Of a stretch of 64,000 nt of DNA, positions 61,382 to 64,000 are shown in pieces; within the stretch, counting starts at the first letter, position 1; each line of letters opens with the position of its first letter. Where the stretch lies: the NCBI GenBank assembly GCA_964526195.1, contig CAZGIH010000020.1, positions 12,803 through 76,802 of the forward strand, in the 5' to 3' direction. The stretch is from an uncultured Chromatiales bacterium (GTDB lineage Bacteria > Pseudomonadota > Gammaproteobacteria > Poriferisulfidales > Poriferisulfidaceae). The notes under the pieces were generated by a model. The model worked only from the letters and a program-made list of their open reading frames with translations. It searched no databases and was not told the DNA's origin. The translations under genes and the position numbers were made by a program.

Positions 61382-62459
61382 TCTCCGCTTTGCGTGTCAG
61401 GTATTCGCGCCACTTGCGCACGGTCACGTCCTGGAAAGCCTCCACCACGGGATTGAACTCGACGGTCGGGGCGTCCCAATGTTTCTCGTAACCCTCCTGT
61501 TCTCCTTCGAGTGCGTATTGATCCTGAGAAAGCAACGGGCCGATGAGGATGCGGTTCGAGATCTTTAGAACGAAGGTCATGGCGAAACGGGGAATGTGCA
61601 CCGGCAGCAAGGGTATCTTCAGCGACTTGAAGTAGAACAAAAAGAAGGTCCGGGTTGTCCGCTCGTCGATGGGCAGCACGAAAAGCCAGTGTTTGATCCA
61701 GTCATCGGTGTTCGACCACTGGTAAGGGTATTGGTAGCAGAGATCCATGTGATTGGTGTCGAGCCGTTTGTGGTCGACGAACAGCCCGGAGATACGCCCG
61801 CGTCCGACCTGCGTGTCGTAGGAGAGGTGCACATCATCACCGATAGTCTCGCAGCGGGTGAGGGCAGCGCCGACGAAAGGCCGGTATTGACGGTGCAGGT
61901 GGGCATGAGAGAAGTCGCTCACGTTGTCGATCACCATCGAGTGGTGGGCCAACCAGGTGAAAGTGAGCGGGACGCAGGCCCATCGGTCGGGTCCCTCGAG
62001 TTCAGGAATGTCCGGGATCTGCCGTGACTCCGCTTTCTCCGGATCCCCAGGGAACAACCAGACCAGGCCGTATCGGACCTTCACGGGATAGGATCGAATC
62101 GAGACATTCTGACAACTTTCTCCGAGGTGCTCGCGAGGCCCCCCGGCACGTTGCCCCCCTCCGTCGTATTGCCAGCCATGGTAGGCGCAGACGAGCCGGC
62201 AGCCCTCAACATGGCCGAGAGAAAGCTTGAGTTGGCGATGGGCGCAGCGATCCTCGACCGCATGGAACGAACCATCCTTTGCTCGGAACAATGCGATGGC
62301 GTGTTTCCAGAAAACAACCTCGGTCACGGTTCCCGGCTTGACGCGGCGTACTTCTTCGACCGCGTACCAATAATCCGGGTCCATGCCCGCGGCGCGCGCT
62401 TTCTGTCGCAAATTGCTGGCTTCATCGAAGCCAGGAGGCGGGCTTGTCATTGAGTCCAT
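61362..62459 (-). CDS. Rieske [2Fe-2S] non-heme iron oxygenase, SdmA-like (sterol C-4 demethylation type)
   Basis: 365 aa; Rieske box CAHRQLKLS...CAYHGW; C-terminal catalytic domain; paired with a 3beta-HSD-like gene. Confidence 0.7.
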   Translation of the reverse strand: MDSMTSPPPGFDEASNLRQKARAAGMDPDYWYAVEEVRRVKPGTVTEVVFWKHAIALFRAKDGSFHAVEDRCAHRQLKLSLGHVEGCRLVCAYHGWQYDGGGQRAGGPREHLGESCQNVSIRSYPVKVRYGLVWLFPGDPEKAESRQIPDIPELEGPDRWACVPLTFTWLAHHSMVIDNVSDFSHAHLHRQYRPFVGAALTRCETIGDDVHLSYDTQVGRGRISGLFVDHKRLDTNHMDLCYQYPYQWSNTDDWIKHWLFVLPIDERTTRTFFLFYFKSLKIPLLPVHIPRFAMTFVLKISNRILIGPLLSQDQYALEGEQEGYEKHWDAPTVEFNPVVEAFQDVTVRKWREYLTRKAENGNAYA

Positions 62460-62460
62460 T

Positions 62461-63648
62461 TCAGCCTCCGTCTGAAGTGATGGGTGTGCCTTGATCCGGC
62501 ATGAGTTCTTCTACTTGTCCTGTGCCGTCCATGCACGGGGGTTTCGCGTCCGGGTTCGTGATCGCCTTGCGCTGGTGGTAGTGAAAGGCGTAGGCTTCGT
62601 GAACCGCGGCGCGGATGCTGGTCGGACGATAACCGAGATCTTCTTTCGCCTTGCTGTTGTTGGCGTGGCGGCACTTTTGCAGCAGGCGAATGGCGCCGGG
62701 AGTGAAACGCTGAGGGAAACTTGGATGAAACCGGCTCAGGTAAAAACTGGCCACTTCTGAGAAAGCAAGCATTGCACGGACCGGAATCCGTCGGTTGGGT
62801 CGCGGGATGCCGGAGACTTCCTCGTACAGGTCGATGATGTCGGAGATGGTTTTGTATTCGGAACTGAAGATGTATTTCTCGCCTGTGCGCCCGCGGCCCA
62901 TGCACAACCGGTGTCCTTCAACAATGTCCCGTGCCGCGACGAACTCGAAGCCGCCATCGACGTAGGCATGGAGCTTGCCGTTTGTGTAATCGCACAAGGT
63001 TCTACCCAATCGTGAAGGGAAGAAATCGCTGCCCCCCACAACCGCGCAACACGTTGCGACGATGACATCCTGTCCGGCCGCCGCGGCGCGCCAGCACACC
63101 TGTTCGACGAGCGTCTTGCTGCGCTCGTAGGGCATCGTGCGTTCCATGGGATAGAACAGCATCGTCTCGTCGCTGGGGGCGGAGGGGTCATCCAGGTTGT
63201 ACCCGACCGCGCTGAAAGAGCCCGTCACGACCACCCGGCCGGCTTCCGTCTCCCGTGCCGCCTGCAGCATGTTGCGGGTGCCGAGAACGTTGCACTCGTA
63301 TATTTCCCGACGATGGGCGTGGTTTCCTTCGATGGTTGAAACCTTGGCCGCGCAGTGATAGACGCCTTGGCAGCCCTCGACCGCACGCCTGACGGAATTC
63401 AAGTCCCGCAGGTCGCCGAACACGCGTTCGACCTCAAGGCCTTCCAGCGCCTCGTTGTTCTCTTCGTGTCTTAGCAGCACCCGGACCCGGGTGCCTTCGT
63501 TGAGTAGCCGACGCACGAGATTGGCACCCACGTGCCCGGCCGCGCCGGTGACGAAAACGGGTGCAGCCGATGAATTGTCGGGTGTGCTCGATCCTGAAGT
63601 CATCTTGTGCCCTGATTCCGAAACTTTTTCATCCATGTTTGACGGCAT
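62461..63648 (-). CDS. NAD(P)-dependent 3beta-hydroxysteroid dehydrogenase/decarboxylase-family enzyme, SdmB/ERG26-like
   Basis: Extended-SDR motifs VFVTGAAGHVGANL and Y-E-R-S-K; an alternative start at Met16 lies at 63603. Confidence 0.72.
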   Translation of the reverse strand: MPSNMDEKVSESGHKMTSGSSTPDNSSAAPVFVTGAAGHVGANLVRRLLNEGTRVRVLLRHEENNEALEGLEVERVFGDLRDLNSVRRAVEGCQGVYHCAAKVSTIEGNHAHRREIYECNVLGTRNMLQAARETEAGRVVVTGSFSAVGYNLDDPSAPSDETMLFYPMERTMPYERSKTLVEQVCWRAAAAGQDVIVATCCAVVGGSDFFPSRLGRTLCDYTNGKLHAYVDGGFEFVAARDIVEGHRLCMGRGRTGEKYIFSSEYKTISDIIDLYEEVSGIPRPNRRIPVRAMLAFSEVASFYLSRFHPSFPQRFTPGAIRLLQKCRHANNSKAKEDLGYRPTSIRAAVHEAYAFHYHQRKAITNPDAKPPCMDGTGQVEELMPDQGTPITSDGG

Positions 63649-63925
63649 CGAGGGTACGCAGGCAGAACGCTCAACAACGGCCAGGATATGCCAGCGTCCG
63701 CCGCTTCATAGCCGCCTTGTTTCAAGCCAATCAAGCTACCGCAATCACCGATCTGCATCCAGCCATCCCTCGCAATATGACTGATGGCATAATTCTAACA
63801 AACTTCATAAAACTGAAGCGTCAAGGATTTTTGAGGCCGTTGCAGGCTTCCGTCAGGTGTCTTGACTATGCTGGAGTGTGTCTGGAAACGGATAGATGGT
63901 CGCGAAAGTCTGCAAGCCGCCTTCA

Positions 63926-64000
63926 CTTGGCAAGAGTGATGGCAAGAGTGATTACGACGCTGAGAATGGTGGTCATGACGCCTCCGCCGATGAGCAGGAA
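63926..64000 (-). CDS. C-terminal end of an unidentified hydrophobic protein, truncated by the window edge
   Basis: The frame is open to the window end and reads ...FLLIGGGVMTTILSVVITLAITLAK*. Confidence 0.25.

Overview
This 64 kb window reads as a GC-rich, gammaproteobacterial-type chromosome, judged by conserved gene order; GC was estimated by eye, not computed. The housekeeping backbone is: dnaK (5'-truncated)-dnaJ-dapB, tRNA-Ser(UGA), carAB-greA, a TonB-dependent receptor, rimP-nusA-infB-rbfA-truB, sppA, maf, mlaC-like, murA, hisG-[aroG-type DAHP synthase]-hisD-nif3, petABC-sspAB, a macro-domain gene, glcD-like, gmhA, msrA, tldD-pmbA, purNM, hda, wrbA, arsC and mutS. Four accessory features are embedded in it. 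(1) A short segment directly 3' of tRNA-Ser carries a membrane-anchored TraD/VirD4-like ATPase, an orphan HigA-like antitoxin and a small ORF missing from the ORF track. (2) A 1.2 kb low-GC islet after truB is bounded by a perfect 10-bp direct repeat. It carries a Panacea (DUF4065)-type gene followed, in the same frame after a single TAA, by a 147-codon ORF with no usable start codon. (3) A low-GC islet between the DUF2182 membrane gene and msrA carries a type II restriction-modification pair: a nuclease with a PD-(D/E)xK motif and a gamma-class N6-adenine methyltransferase. (4) The most striking feature is a tightly packed, same-strand six-gene block at 54.3-63.6 kb next to mutS. Its genes match an SdmB-like enzyme, an SdmA-like Rieske oxygenase, an ERG4/ERG24-family sterol reductase, CYP51, squalene epoxidase and oxidosqualene cyclase encoded as one 1154-codon ORF (from the GTG start at 58875), and an ERG6-type sterol C-24 methyltransferase. 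That amounts to a near-complete eukaryote-like sterol biosynthesis and modification operon in a bacterium. No rRNA genes, CRISPR arrays, transposases or integrases were seen. Start codons are often ambiguous because the ORF track extends to the first in-frame ATG/GTG/TTG.
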